Positions 53,046-64,000 of a stretch of DNA of 64,000 bases are shown here, one piece after another. The notes below the pieces were generated by a model. It ran no database searches, was not told where the DNA came from, and saw only the letters and a program-made list of their open reading frames with translations. Source of the stretch: Octopus sinensis. Taxonomy: Eukaryota. Each line of letters opens with the position of its first letter. The stretch's first letter is position 1. The stretch spans positions 9,548,001 through 9,612,000 of the forward strand of contig NC_042997.1 of the NCBI RefSeq assembly GCF_006345805.1, in the 5' to 3' direction. A program made the translations under genes and the position numbers.

Positions 53046-54269
53046 TTGTCTTGGCAACTAAGTTCCCGCCTTTTTTTAAAATTTTGGAATTTATTACGTT
53101 TTCAAATCTTGGAATCTATTTTTGTATTTTTTCTAGTTAATTTTTGTTTATTTTCAGATCATTAAAATGGAATGTCAGGTTAAGAAAAACGGCCATTTTC
53201 AGCACCTCCTTTTTTTGCTTTTAATCAAGGTTCTAAGCCCACAAAAAAGCGGCTCATGACATTTGTCCATTGTATGGAGAGGGTGCCGTAGCTGAAAGAA
53301 CTGCTTGTGATTGGTATGCCAAGTTCAAAAATGAAAATTTTGACCTCAAAGACACACCTCATTCTGGCCATCCATTTGAGTTCAATGAAGAGCGATTAAA
53401 CCAACTTTTGCATGACATCAATGGATAAGGGAACTGACAGAGAAAATGGAATGCTCCCACGCTGCTATAGGGAAGCACTTTAACTCAATGGGAAAGGTTC
53501 AGAAGTACAGGTTCCACATGCATTAAGTGACAGCAACAAAAATCAACGAGCTACAATCTCAACTTGTTTGATTACTCGTCACTGCTCAACTCATAGACAG
53601 AAGCAACAATTTCTTTACTGAATTGTTACTGGTGATGAAAAATGGTGCCTGAACATCAATATGAAGCAGTGTAAGGAATGGCTTAGCCCAGGTAAACAAG
53701 CGACATCACATGTGAAACAAGATCTTCACCCACATAAAATGATGTTGTGCATGTGGTGGAACTGGGAAGGGATTATCCATTACAAGTTGCTTGAACGGAA
53801 CCAAACGGTCAATATGGAACTCTATGTTCAACAGATGGAACGACTCAGCATGACTATTCAAGAGAAAAGACCTAATCAGCAGCATGGAGTTCTGCTGCAC
53901 GACAACGCTTGCCCTCATATCACCAATATGACCAAGGAAGCCATTCAAATGCATGACTGTGAAGTGCTACCACACCCACCGTACGCTCCTGATTTGGCAC
54001 CAGTAGATTTCCACCTCTTTCGATCTCTTTCAAATGCTATGCACGGAGTTTCATTCAATATTGATGCAGAATTGAAAGCTTGGTTGGATCAATTTTTTAG
54101 TTGAAATCGAGTGATTTCTACTGAGGTATTGAAAATATTGTTGAATGTTGGGAAGAAGTTGTAAACAGCAAGGGTGAATACATTATCGATTAATTAGCTG
54201 TTATTTTTCATTAAACCTTTTAAAAAATTTAAATTTAAAAAAACGGTGGTAACTTAGTTGCCAACCTAA
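53046..54269 (+). mobile_element. Near-full-length mariner (DD34D-type) element with pseudogenised transposase
   Basis: TA-flanked TIRs (ttggcaactaagtt / aacttagttgccaa). IVTGDEKW, LLHDNACPH and HPPYAPDLAPVDFHLF motifs. Frameshifts and stops. Confidence 0.95.
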
Positions 54270-55029
54270 TATATTGTTCCAATTTTAGGTGTTGCAAGCT
54301 TTTATGTTTTGGCAATGTTGGTGATGTGTTTTTTGCCAAATCAAGCATTTATGAAATATCTAGCTGAATATTTGTTAGGAAAACTATAAACATTTACAGA
54401 TTCTTTTAACAATACTACCTTCATTTTTTTCATGGTGGATTATTTCCATACATCTTGAATTGTAGATAAATCAAACAATTGCAGTCATCAACAGTTATCC
54501 ACAACAAGTATGTTGATAAAGAGAAGCAGAGGAAAGAAGTGTTTTGTAAGAGTAGGAAAATGTTTTATTTCTATGGCTGTATGGAAGGAAGTATGATGAA
54601 AGGCTAAAGACATGTGATAGGAGGAAATACTGTATGATAATATTTAGTTGGAGGGTTACCATGTTCATGGGCATTTTGCCCATTGCACAGCAGACTCGAG
54701 CTATTAAAACTTCACAATCTACCCACATCCATACACACACATACACATATATAGGCAAAACAGTTGTGCTGACTTGCAACATATGTAGCTACAGGCATTG
54801 TTTTCATGTTACCCGTTGGTTATTCATAAGTTGTTGGGTTGGTGGTGGTGGTGTTAGTGATGGCGGTGTCAGTGATGGTGGTGGTGGTGGTAGTGGTGGT
54901 ATTGGTTGCATTAGTTTTGTTACTGGTGATGGTGGTTATGGTGATGGTGGAATTGTTGTTGCTAACAGAGATTATATTGTTCTTGTTAACTGTATTGTTG
55001 ATGTTTAGCCTCTGTCCATCTGCATTGAC

Positions 55030-55655
55030 CTAAGATTAAATCTATTTAATTCAAAATTTCTTTCTGAAAATCCCAGTTTATTCAGATTCTGCTTTAAGCA
55101 TCTACTAACAAAATCTAGTGCTCCAATTATTATTGAAATGGATATGTATTCATATTCTGGATATAGAAGCTGGAGGTTTCAAAGCAGTTGTTCAGAGATA
55201 GCCTCTTTCTGTTTGATTTTGAAAGAGATATTTATATCTGCAGGGCAGCTGACATCTATGACGGGATATATCTTTTCCCCTCTGTCCCAAATGACAATAT
55301 CCAGCCTGTTATGTTTACATATGACAGAAGTTTTGATGGTAATATCCCACGAGTATTCCTTGAGCTAGTGTTTATGAATTTATTCCATAAGGGAGAGATT
55401 TTCTAAATTTATTTCAGGACAGTCTTCCTTGCGGATGGCATTGTAAATTGTTTTAGCAACAACATTGTGCCACGTAGGGAGGTAGTAACATGATGACATT
55501 TTAGGACAGCCACTACTCACACAGGTGATGTCTTCCACAGAAACATGATATAGCCTACACATGAAGTTGCACCTTGGGATTACAAGAGTGTCACTGTGTC
55601 TCTTGTTTACCAGGTACTTTGTGGCAATCTGCTGTTCCTGGATTGCAAATGCAAT
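55030..55655 (-). mobile_element. R4/Dong-like non-LTR element fragment (CCHC plus restriction-like endonuclease)
   Basis: AIQEQQIATKYL..CRLY..EDITCVSSGCPKMSSCYYLPTWHNVVAKTIY, then KHNRLDIVIWD..IDVSCPAD..IIIGAL. Confidence 0.8.
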
Positions 55656-55688
55656 ATATGTATGTAGATATGTATGTATGTATGTATG

Positions 55689-55720
<32 letters not shown>

Positions 55721-56584
55721 AATGTATGTATGCTTTCTCTAGACTAAGACAAAGGAATTTAAGACCAGCTGTCCACGACAACTTTTTTATGGGCTGGTAG
55801 ACTACTCGAACCAGTAACTATACTTGCCATAGGAACCCATGTTTGAGCCATAATGTGGGATCTAGTCTAACATTGTAATGCATTCCAATGTACTCTGTAC
55901 CTGACAAGTACTTTATCATATTTGAGCCCAGAGGATGAAAGCCAAGGTTGATCTCAGGATATAAAGAGCTGGAATAAATACTTCAAGCATTTTGCCAATA
56001 TTAAAACTAGTTTGTCAATCCTCCAGCATCACCATCACTAATGTATCTTTGTTTTGTGTAAAGTCCAATTTTAAATTTATCTTTGTTGTGTGTAAAGTCA
56101 AATTTTAAATTTAGATTTAAATAGAATAAATTTTATTTATTTATTCTTTACTTTTCACTTGAAATATAGGCAATTTAGGAAATTTATTGTCTTTGGGTAA
56201 GTAAACATGTAAGCTACAGGAAGGCAGCTAAAAAAGAAGAAAAAAATGTTCTGTAATAGATTTTTTAATAAGATGTTATTGGAAGACTTTTATAGTAGAA
56301 ATTTTAAGTAATGAAGAATGGAAATAAAGAGAATAGTTTAGGTAAGATATTAAAACTCCTCTTCTAATTAAATTCCTAGCAGGCTGAATCCAATCTGTCA
56401 AAATTGAAATTTTTAAATAGAGAAATCCTTATTTTCACTTGTGAAGATTTTAAATTTGTCTGCTGTCATGATACATATAGAAATATTCAATTTGGTTTTG
56501 CTACAATGTCATGCTTTGATAATCTTGTATTATTCAGTTGGAATATGAGGAGGAGAGTCACTCAATATTATTTCTCCATTTCAC

Positions 56585-56841
56585 CGTGCCTGTGGCATGT
56601 AAAAAACGCCAACCGATCGTGGCCATTGCCAGTCCCCCCCCCCGCCCCTGGCACCTGTGCCAGTGGCACGTAAAAAGCACCCACTACATTCACGGAGTGG
56701 TTGGCGTTAGGAAGGGCATCCGGCAGAAACACTGCCAGATCAGACTGGAGCCTGGTGCAGCCTCCTGGCTTCCCAGACCACGGTCGAACCGTCCAACCCA
56801 TGCTAGCATGGAAAACGAACGTTAAACGATGATGATGATGT
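56585..56841 (+). mobile_element. RTE LINE 3' UTR/tail
   Basis: Two tggcaygtaaaaa units, the conserved tail and (GAT)n. Confidence 0.9.
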
Positions 56842-57419
56842 TTATCAAGATATGGGCTTCTGTTTGATTATAGAGGACATACAGGAAAAGGCATTCTATC
56901 ACTGACCATGCAATTTTCTTAGGTGCCTATAGAACTACATTTACTAAGGTGGACTTCCCCTTTTGTAAGTTGGTAAGGTGTAATTTTGTGGATGATTTGA
57001 GTGCTTTTTCGTGCAGATCATGTGACCATGTAGGAGCTTCCTCATAGTCTCAAAAGTGTTTTGTTTAAACGTGTGTGTGTATGTATGTATGTATGTGTGT
57101 GCATCTATGTGTGTATCTTTCCATGTCTATTTTTTATGTTTATACTGGTCTAAAAATTATAATTATTTGTATTTTGTTTCTTTATACCCCATTGCTTATC
57201 ATTTAGACAAATCAATGCAAAATATGCCATACCGAAATAAAAGCTGAGATCAATACGACTGGCAGAACTTTTCAAATAGAGTCCCATTTTTGCAACCGAA
57301 ACTAATAAAATAATTTCTAAAAATCATTTACTCTCCTTCACTGAAATTTGAGCCAGTACAAGTTCTACAAGCTTCTTCATAGAGAATAGAAATTAAACTT
57401 AACTTTTGACATTTTAATA

Positions 57420-57862
57420 ATCTTTTCTACTAAAGGCACAAGGCCCAAAATTGTGGGGGAAGAGACTAGTTGATTACAGCAACCCCACTGCTTCACTGGT
57501 ACTTAATTTATTGTCCCTGAAAGAATCAAAGGCAAAGTCGACCTAGGAGGAATTTGAACTCTGAATGTAATGACAGACAAAATGCTGCTAGGCATCTTGC
57601 CCAGCATGCTAACGATTCTACCAGTTTACCACCTTAAAATATTGGCTTCAATTTTGGCACATGGCCAGCAATTTGGGGGGGGGGGCAGGGTAAGTTGATT
57701 ACATTGATCTCAGTGCTCATCTGGTACTTATTTTATCGACTCTGAAAGGAAGAAAGGCAAAGTCAACCTTGCAGAATTTGAAGAACTCAGAATCTAAAGA
57801 CAGATGAAATGCCGCTAAGCATATTGCTGGGTGTACTAATGATTCTGCCAACTCGTGACCTT
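57420..57862 (-). mobile_element. Two tandem SINE family E copies
   Basis: aaaggcaaagtcgacc..gaatttgaactc occurs twice (about 57530 and 57755). Confidence 0.82.
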
Positions 57863-59129
57863 AGTTAACATTTTAATGCTGATTTTGAGGACGGAATAAA
57901 AGATGGAAGTTTTACCCGATGTTGAAAATTTTTATTGCATCTTCGATAAAGCAAAATGGCACAAACATAAGCAAGTTAACCTGCATAGAATATATTGAGA
58001 GTAAAATTAGAAGCTGTATTTGAAGTTTGGAAGCAGTATAAAGTTCTTTCCATTCTGTGGTGCTCTCAATTCCACATTTTCATATTTTCTTTCTTTCTGA
58101 TATTCTTCGTCTGCTTTGATAGGCTCGGTCAGGGTTGACCAGGGGCTAAACAACTATAACAGAAATTCAAGACATTTAAGTTTGTTGTGCACCATTACAC
58201 TATATCTACAATGTTAATTCGAGTTAATGACAAAGCATGTACATGGTCATTTAACCTGTTAGAAATAGCAAGCAAATATTCCTCAAACCATACCTTATTA
58301 TCTTAAAATAGACACATTGGATGATATAGTGTAAGCTATATTATGTTGAAATTAAAGACAGTCTAGTTATTTCTGAAAAGCTTTTAGATCTAAATAGCAA
58401 CAACACTTTATAATAATTTACATCTGATATTCTTCAACTAGTGAGGCAAGTAGAATTGTCTTGACCAGAGACAATGGGCAAACATAAATTTATGATAAAT
58501 GTGTTGGTTGTCTCATAATAAACCAGTCATCCATTATGAGCCAATTATGAAGCATCTATGCCAATGGTTTTCAATGTAAACTTTCCACTGAGTTTCAGAA
58601 CATCATTCTGTCCTTTTCTATGTTGTTTAAGAGTCTGTGTTCATTCTAAATAATAGGCATATAACATGGAATTTTTTTCTTTAGTTCTGTGTTATAGATG
58701 CACATGTGATGGTGTGGTAAGTAGCTTGCTTCCGAGCTACATGGTCCCGGGTTCAGTCTTACTGCATGGTATGCCTTCTACTGTAGCTCTAGGCTAACCA
58801 AAGCCTTGCAAGTGGATTAGGTAGAAAGAAAGTGAAAGAAATCCATCAAATACACACACACACACACACACATACACACATACAACACATTACTTATATA
58901 CTTATACATACAGGCCAACAATTTTAAGATCACCCACACATACATACTCACGCACTTGCCCCCATCTGCACATAAACTCTCACATACACACATGCACTTC
59001 CACACCTTCAATCAGGTGGGTCACTGTTATTATCTCCTTTTCACTCAGCTCTTTCTACTTGCCATTTCATCATGTTGAGCTTGTAATCCCTGTGCATTCT
59101 TTTCTCTCTCTGTTTTTTACCTCTCAATC

Positions 59130-59165
59130 CTTTCTGTCAAAGAGTGTAGGCTTGTAACATCAAAG
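59130..59165 (+). ncRNA. Degenerate hammerhead-like relic
   Basis: cttt-ctgtcaa-a-gagt[gtag]gctt-gtaac-atc-aaag. Several core positions are mutated. Confidence 0.35.
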
Positions 59166-59471
59166 ACATTTCCATTCTTCCTGAGCATTAAACTAATACA
59201 CGTGCTTCTTGTTCCTTTACCTGTCTTTGTCATTTGTTTCCTGTAAATTTGAACTATATATATATATATATTTAAGTAGATGAATGAATTATCCTAGTAT
59301 GGATAATTCTGTTAATCGATACCTGGGTAGCAAATTCACTTCAGTAAAACACGGTTGAAGTTACATGCCAAGGCCTGAACCCCGTGTTCGTGTGTGGAAA
59401 TTTGTGTGTTTTTTTATATGAATAAATGAAAAGAATGGAGTCGAATGAAGATTTTATCAAAATTCCTTTAC

Positions 59472-59552
59472 TTTCGACATATGTTTCGAAGACTGCATAT
59501 TCTTAATTCTGAAGGAATGAAGGTTGCATTATGCCGTCTTCTCATCAGTAAA
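59472..59552 (-). ncRNA. Type I hammerhead ribozyme with intact core and long stem II
   Basis: ttta-CTGATGA-gaagac-g-gcata[~30 nt]tatgc-a-gtcttc-GAAAC-atat-GTC-gaaa. Confidence 0.78.
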
Positions 59553-59949
59553 TATATATATATATATATATGTGCACATGTGTGTATATGTGTGTGTGTG
59601 TTTGTCCCCCACCACTGCTTCACAATCAGTTTTACATCCCCATAACTTAGCGATTCAATAAGAGAGACCAATAGAATAAGTACCAGGCTTGAAAAATATA
59701 AGTACTGGGGTTGATTTGTTCGACTAAAACTCTTTAAAGCAGTGCTACAGCATGGCCACGGTCCAGTGACTGAAACAAGTAAAAGATTAAAGATCAAAGA
59801 TAGTACTTGTACATTTGGATTATATTTATAAAGATGTCTTACAAATTTGATAACGTCAGAAAATGTTGATCACCTTTGAAACTAAAGTAGATTTTATATT
59901 CAAGACTAATTACTTAACAGACCAAAGCTACTGAAATATATTTCAATAA

Positions 59950-62150
59950 ATTAAAAAGTTCAATGGAATACCATAGTATTATAATTAATTCTATTCTGTG
60001 GAATACAAGCAATAACAAACCAGTGATTGTGTTTTCTTGACCAATTCTTTGATATTCAAAAGAATGCTTGAAAAGGTATAATGCAGGTAATTTTTTTTTT
60101 TTTTTTACTTCCAATCTACTTTGTTGCTTTGTTTTTGTTTGCAACAGAACTGAAATGCCTGATTCACAAAGATATGTCGAGACAAATAAATGCAATGTAT
60201 GTAATAGTTCTTTCCAACACCTTTGGATAGGAATCTTCAAGGGCCACAATCCTATTATTGGTTTCTCATCAAATATAACTTTTGCTCCCAGATTGTTCAT
60301 CAGCTCTAGTAATTCATCACAATAATAATCACGAACTTTTCAAATGACACTTTAAATGGAATTCACTGTAAATCCTGCTCCTCATCACTGAATTCAGGAA
60401 AATATCGACTGAATTAATTTTCTAGTGCTGTCAAATACTGAATAGTTTTATTTTTTGTAAATTTTCGAAACACTTAGTCTTCATTGCCAACAACAAAAAT
60501 TGATGACAGTTTCTCAAACATCGCAACATTTTGATATTGACCTTTCTCTTCCAATTTTCCAATTTCTTTAAGAAAGCTTTTTGGGAATCAATGATTATTG
60601 TGGATATTCACATTCATTCTTTTATGTCGGATTCCATTTATTCAGCTGCTCAAAAATATCAACCAAACAAGCAAGGTGCATGATGTATTCCTTATTATTC
60701 AGTCAGGTAAACACAATTCCATTTTACTCTGAATGTCAAAAAGATTGTCTTCTAGACTCAAATACTTATTGAATTACATTTCATCTTCGAAGCTAATGAA
60801 CTTATGTATGGGAAAAGCCCCATAACATTATATAAAGGGTCAAAATGACATGAGTTGAAGGCTCTTCATTTCACAAAATTCACAATTTAAATTGTTTCAT
60901 CTCAAAACTTCTTCGAGCGCAGGAGTGGCTGTGTGGTAAGTAGCTTGCTTATCAACCACATGGTTCCGGGTTCATTCCCACTGCATGGCACCTTGGGCAA
61001 CTGTCTTCTACTATAGCCTCGGGCTGACCAAAGCCTTGTGAGTGGATTTGGTAGATGGAAACTGAAAGAAGCCGTCATATATATGTATATATAGATATGT
61101 ATGTGTGTGTATATGTTTGTGTGTCTGTGTTTGTCCCCCCAACATCGCTTGACAACCGATGCTGGTGTGTCTATGTCCCCATAACTTAGTGGTTCGGCAA
61201 AAAGAGACTGATAGAATAAGTACTAGGCTTACAAAGAATAAGTCCTGGGGTCTATTGGCTCGACTAAAGGCAGTGCTCCAGCATGGCCACAGTCACATGA
61301 CTGAGACAAGTAAAGGAGTAATAGAGCCAGAAATGCATTTGAAGCAAGAACTTAAAGATGGGTTATGCAGTGAATACTATTCCTCTTTGGAGATTGCTGT
61401 TTCACTTAAACTTGAAATCCAGATTTTATTCCAAATACAGTTGGTGCTACATCTACACAGCACCACAGACATTTACCTCAAACATTACCTCACAAAGGAT
61501 TTTCTGATTTCATGAAAGAGGAAACCTTCTCCAAAAGTATCTGAGGCTTGGTAATTATTTCTAAAAGAGAATAAAAGAGAAACTTCTCTTTAAATGAACC
61601 TGGTTTACATATCTTGCAAGAACTAACTCTACTGGGAACATAATGCCACACCAGCTGACTCAAGTTGAGTTGAAAATAAATCAAATATAGCAACCATGAA
61701 CTCCTGCACAACTTGATCCTTGATATCAGTGGCCCTGTCACTGCTTCCCTTTCAAACTGTACTGATTGATAGTGAAGTTGCTGGAATGTTTTTTCTCAAT
61801 TCATTTTTCAACACAATTTCCATCAGTTTTAGGACACAAGCTTTGATCAAAATTTGCCCTGCTTTGCTATCTTTAGTTATATGACAGAAGCTTTGATAAT
61901 GTTTTACTTTGTTCTTTGGAATACTTCCATTGAAACCAACTTCATCTTTTTCAAAGCAATCCTATATTGCTAAAAACGATTTTCCTCTTATCCTTGAGTT
62001 GAGTACAGATATTCTACTAATATTGCTCTAACTTTGTTGGTTTCACAGAATCATTTGATAAAGCTTTGCTACAAATAACACTGAGAAAACTTTCTTTTCT
62101 TTTAATGATAATAGATATGAATTCATATTGAATACCTGATGTTTTCTTTT
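59950..62150 (-). mobile_element. Decayed hAT (Buster/Charlie-like) transposase, interrupted by a SINE
   Basis: C-terminal LFVSTYLCESGIS.L..TKTKQQSRLEV. Upstream GQILIKACVLKLMEIVL and DVAPT-like blocks. Many stops. Confidence 0.75.
60916..61322 (+). mobile_element. SINE family A, full length
   Basis: Matches the consensus. Confidence 0.92.
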
Positions 62151-63604
62151 ACAATTATGATGGGCTCAAAAGTAAGTAATTAGAAGGGTCTAGAATAGGT
62201 AAAAAAATAACTAAAACTGAAATATCTTTGATTCTCAAAAACACTTAATAAATGTCACAACTTAAGCTAGAAGCAAACTACAATTCTAGAGAATGTGTAT
62301 AACCAAATACATCACACTTTTTTGAATATTAATCACAATTCTCCCTTGAAACCTTAAAATTCTACACAGTTGCTTGAGCCGCTAAGAAAATAACAATCAA
62401 ATCTCTCCCAAATTGAACCCAGCTGTCTAAATATAAGAAAGATATGTACCCAGTATATTATGCAGGAATAAAACATCGGATGGTTATAGCTGGAAGGATT
62501 TTGATCATTGGACTTTTTCTCAAGGTTGACCTGACACTAAATATAGAGAATAACAATGCAGCCATTTCAGGACATATTGTTGATGTAAGGTAAAGTTACA
62601 CAGCTACAAGAGGAAATCAAAATTGTTTGGAAACTTTGTGCAATTTATAGCCACCAAAACTCAGCTCATATGAAGAGTTTATATTAAGAAAGTAAATCCC
62701 AGTTTAAACAAGTATACTTAAATTCAATGTTATTATTAAATTTCTTTATTATATATTTTTATTAATTTCAAAAATTATCAAACATATGGCAGCAGAGACA
62801 AATGAATGTAGAAATTATATTTCATTCATTCTATTTTTGTAAAGTTGTTTATAAAAGATGAAAATTAAAATTGGATTTTGTTTTCTCTTCACAAATTGCT
62901 AAATTTATTAATTTCTTTATTATATTTTACATTTATTTATATTTTATGTATTTGTTGAATAGAAACAATTTTTCCTCCTATAAATGAAATCATCAAATTG
63001 ACTACACCATAGAGGGAATTGCTCAGAAAAGGAAAAAACATAAAAATAAAAGTCAGGTTTATCTATAAACTTTTATGTTTATCAGCTGGATTGAAATGAA
63101 ACAAGATTTCCAAGTGAAAAATCACTCACTACTTTCTTTAGCAATGACAAATTTATTAATTTCTCACATAATAAAAATTCACTTTGACAGTTTCCATCCA
63201 GAAGAGCATAATTGAGAAAATCAACAAGAAACATTTTTTTAAAAAATTAGATAAAAAGCATTTGCATCAACTTGTTAACACTTCAGCATACATTTTCTTT
63301 CTTTCTGAGATTTTTGCTTCATACTTACGATTTTAGTTTGTGTTTATTTTCACAGTTAACTAGCGAGAGAGAGAGAAAAAACAAATGTAAAATTTAAGGA
63401 AAAAAAATAATAAATGAGTAAAGTACATATCTGAAAGTTTACATCGATAAAAAGATATACAAAAAATTCACTTACAATTATTAGTACTTAGTTGTTTAAA
63501 ATTTTATTCCCAGCCTCTTGAGGATTGCAGCTGAGATACATTTAATCTTTATATACAAGCAGAAGCACACACAAATATACGCATTAAGCGTATATCCAAG
63601 TGTT

Positions 63605-63943
63605 TATATAAACATACATATATACACATATAGATATGTAAAATGAATATGTTTATGTCTGTTTATGCATATATATATATATATATATTTATACATGCTT
63701 ACATACATACATTCATGCATTCATGCATACATACATATAAATATATATACAATATATACATACAATATATATGTATATATATATATATATATATATACAA
63801 TATATATATATACATATATATACACATATACATACATTCATGCATACATACATACATACATACACACATATACATATAATACATATATACGTATAAATAT
63901 GTATAGTTAGATATATATGTATATACACATATAAAAGTATACT

Positions 63944-63979
<36 letters not shown>

Positions 63980-63983
63980 TATA
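63605..63983. repeat. Compound (TA)n/(TACA)n low-complexity tract
   Basis: Direct inspection. Confidence 0.92.
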
Positions 63984-64000
63984 CCCAAATTCATAATTTA

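Larger units (their letters stand above)
58705..59795 (+). mobile_element. SINE family A split by nested inserts in its internal microsatellite
   Basis: 5' half at 58705-58850 and 3' half at about 59570-59795, with two unrelated inserts between them. Confidence 0.65.

Noticed and set aside
53661-54104. 147-aa SETMAR-like ORF as a host gene
   Set aside because: It lies within TIRs of a frameshifted mariner and has no SET domain.
56044-56113. ~35-bp tandem duplication
   Set aside because: Ordinary local slippage with no further structure.

Overview
This is AT-rich, microsatellite-dense animal DNA with no intact gene. Its repeat content resembles octopod cephalopod (Octopus-like) genomes; this is judged from family resemblance, not a database search. 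The window is a mosaic of decayed transposable elements. SINEs: at least five tRNA-like families. LINE fragments: RTE (including a ~2.1 kb piece and many 3' tails), Tx1/L1-like, CR1-like and R4/Dong-like. Others: several Penelope-like (GIY-YIG) remnants, two mariner elements, a hAT transposase relic and MITEs. Almost all ORFs in the six-frame track are microsatellite or repeat artefacts. The most notable signals are: (i) several minimal hammerhead-ribozyme motifs from different Penelope-like families, including a ~205-bp element whose core reads GUGAACA (an apparent C3G/G8C swapped pair) and which also occurs as a TSD-flanked inverted dimer; (ii) a ~200-bp structured, non-tRNA retroposed element in three copies sharing one 5' end; (iii) a ~550-bp (TAA)n-associated non-coding retroelement; (iv) a possible pair of host exons on the minus strand near 26.8-27.0 kb. 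All calls were made by eye, and boundaries without a TSD or TIR are approximate.
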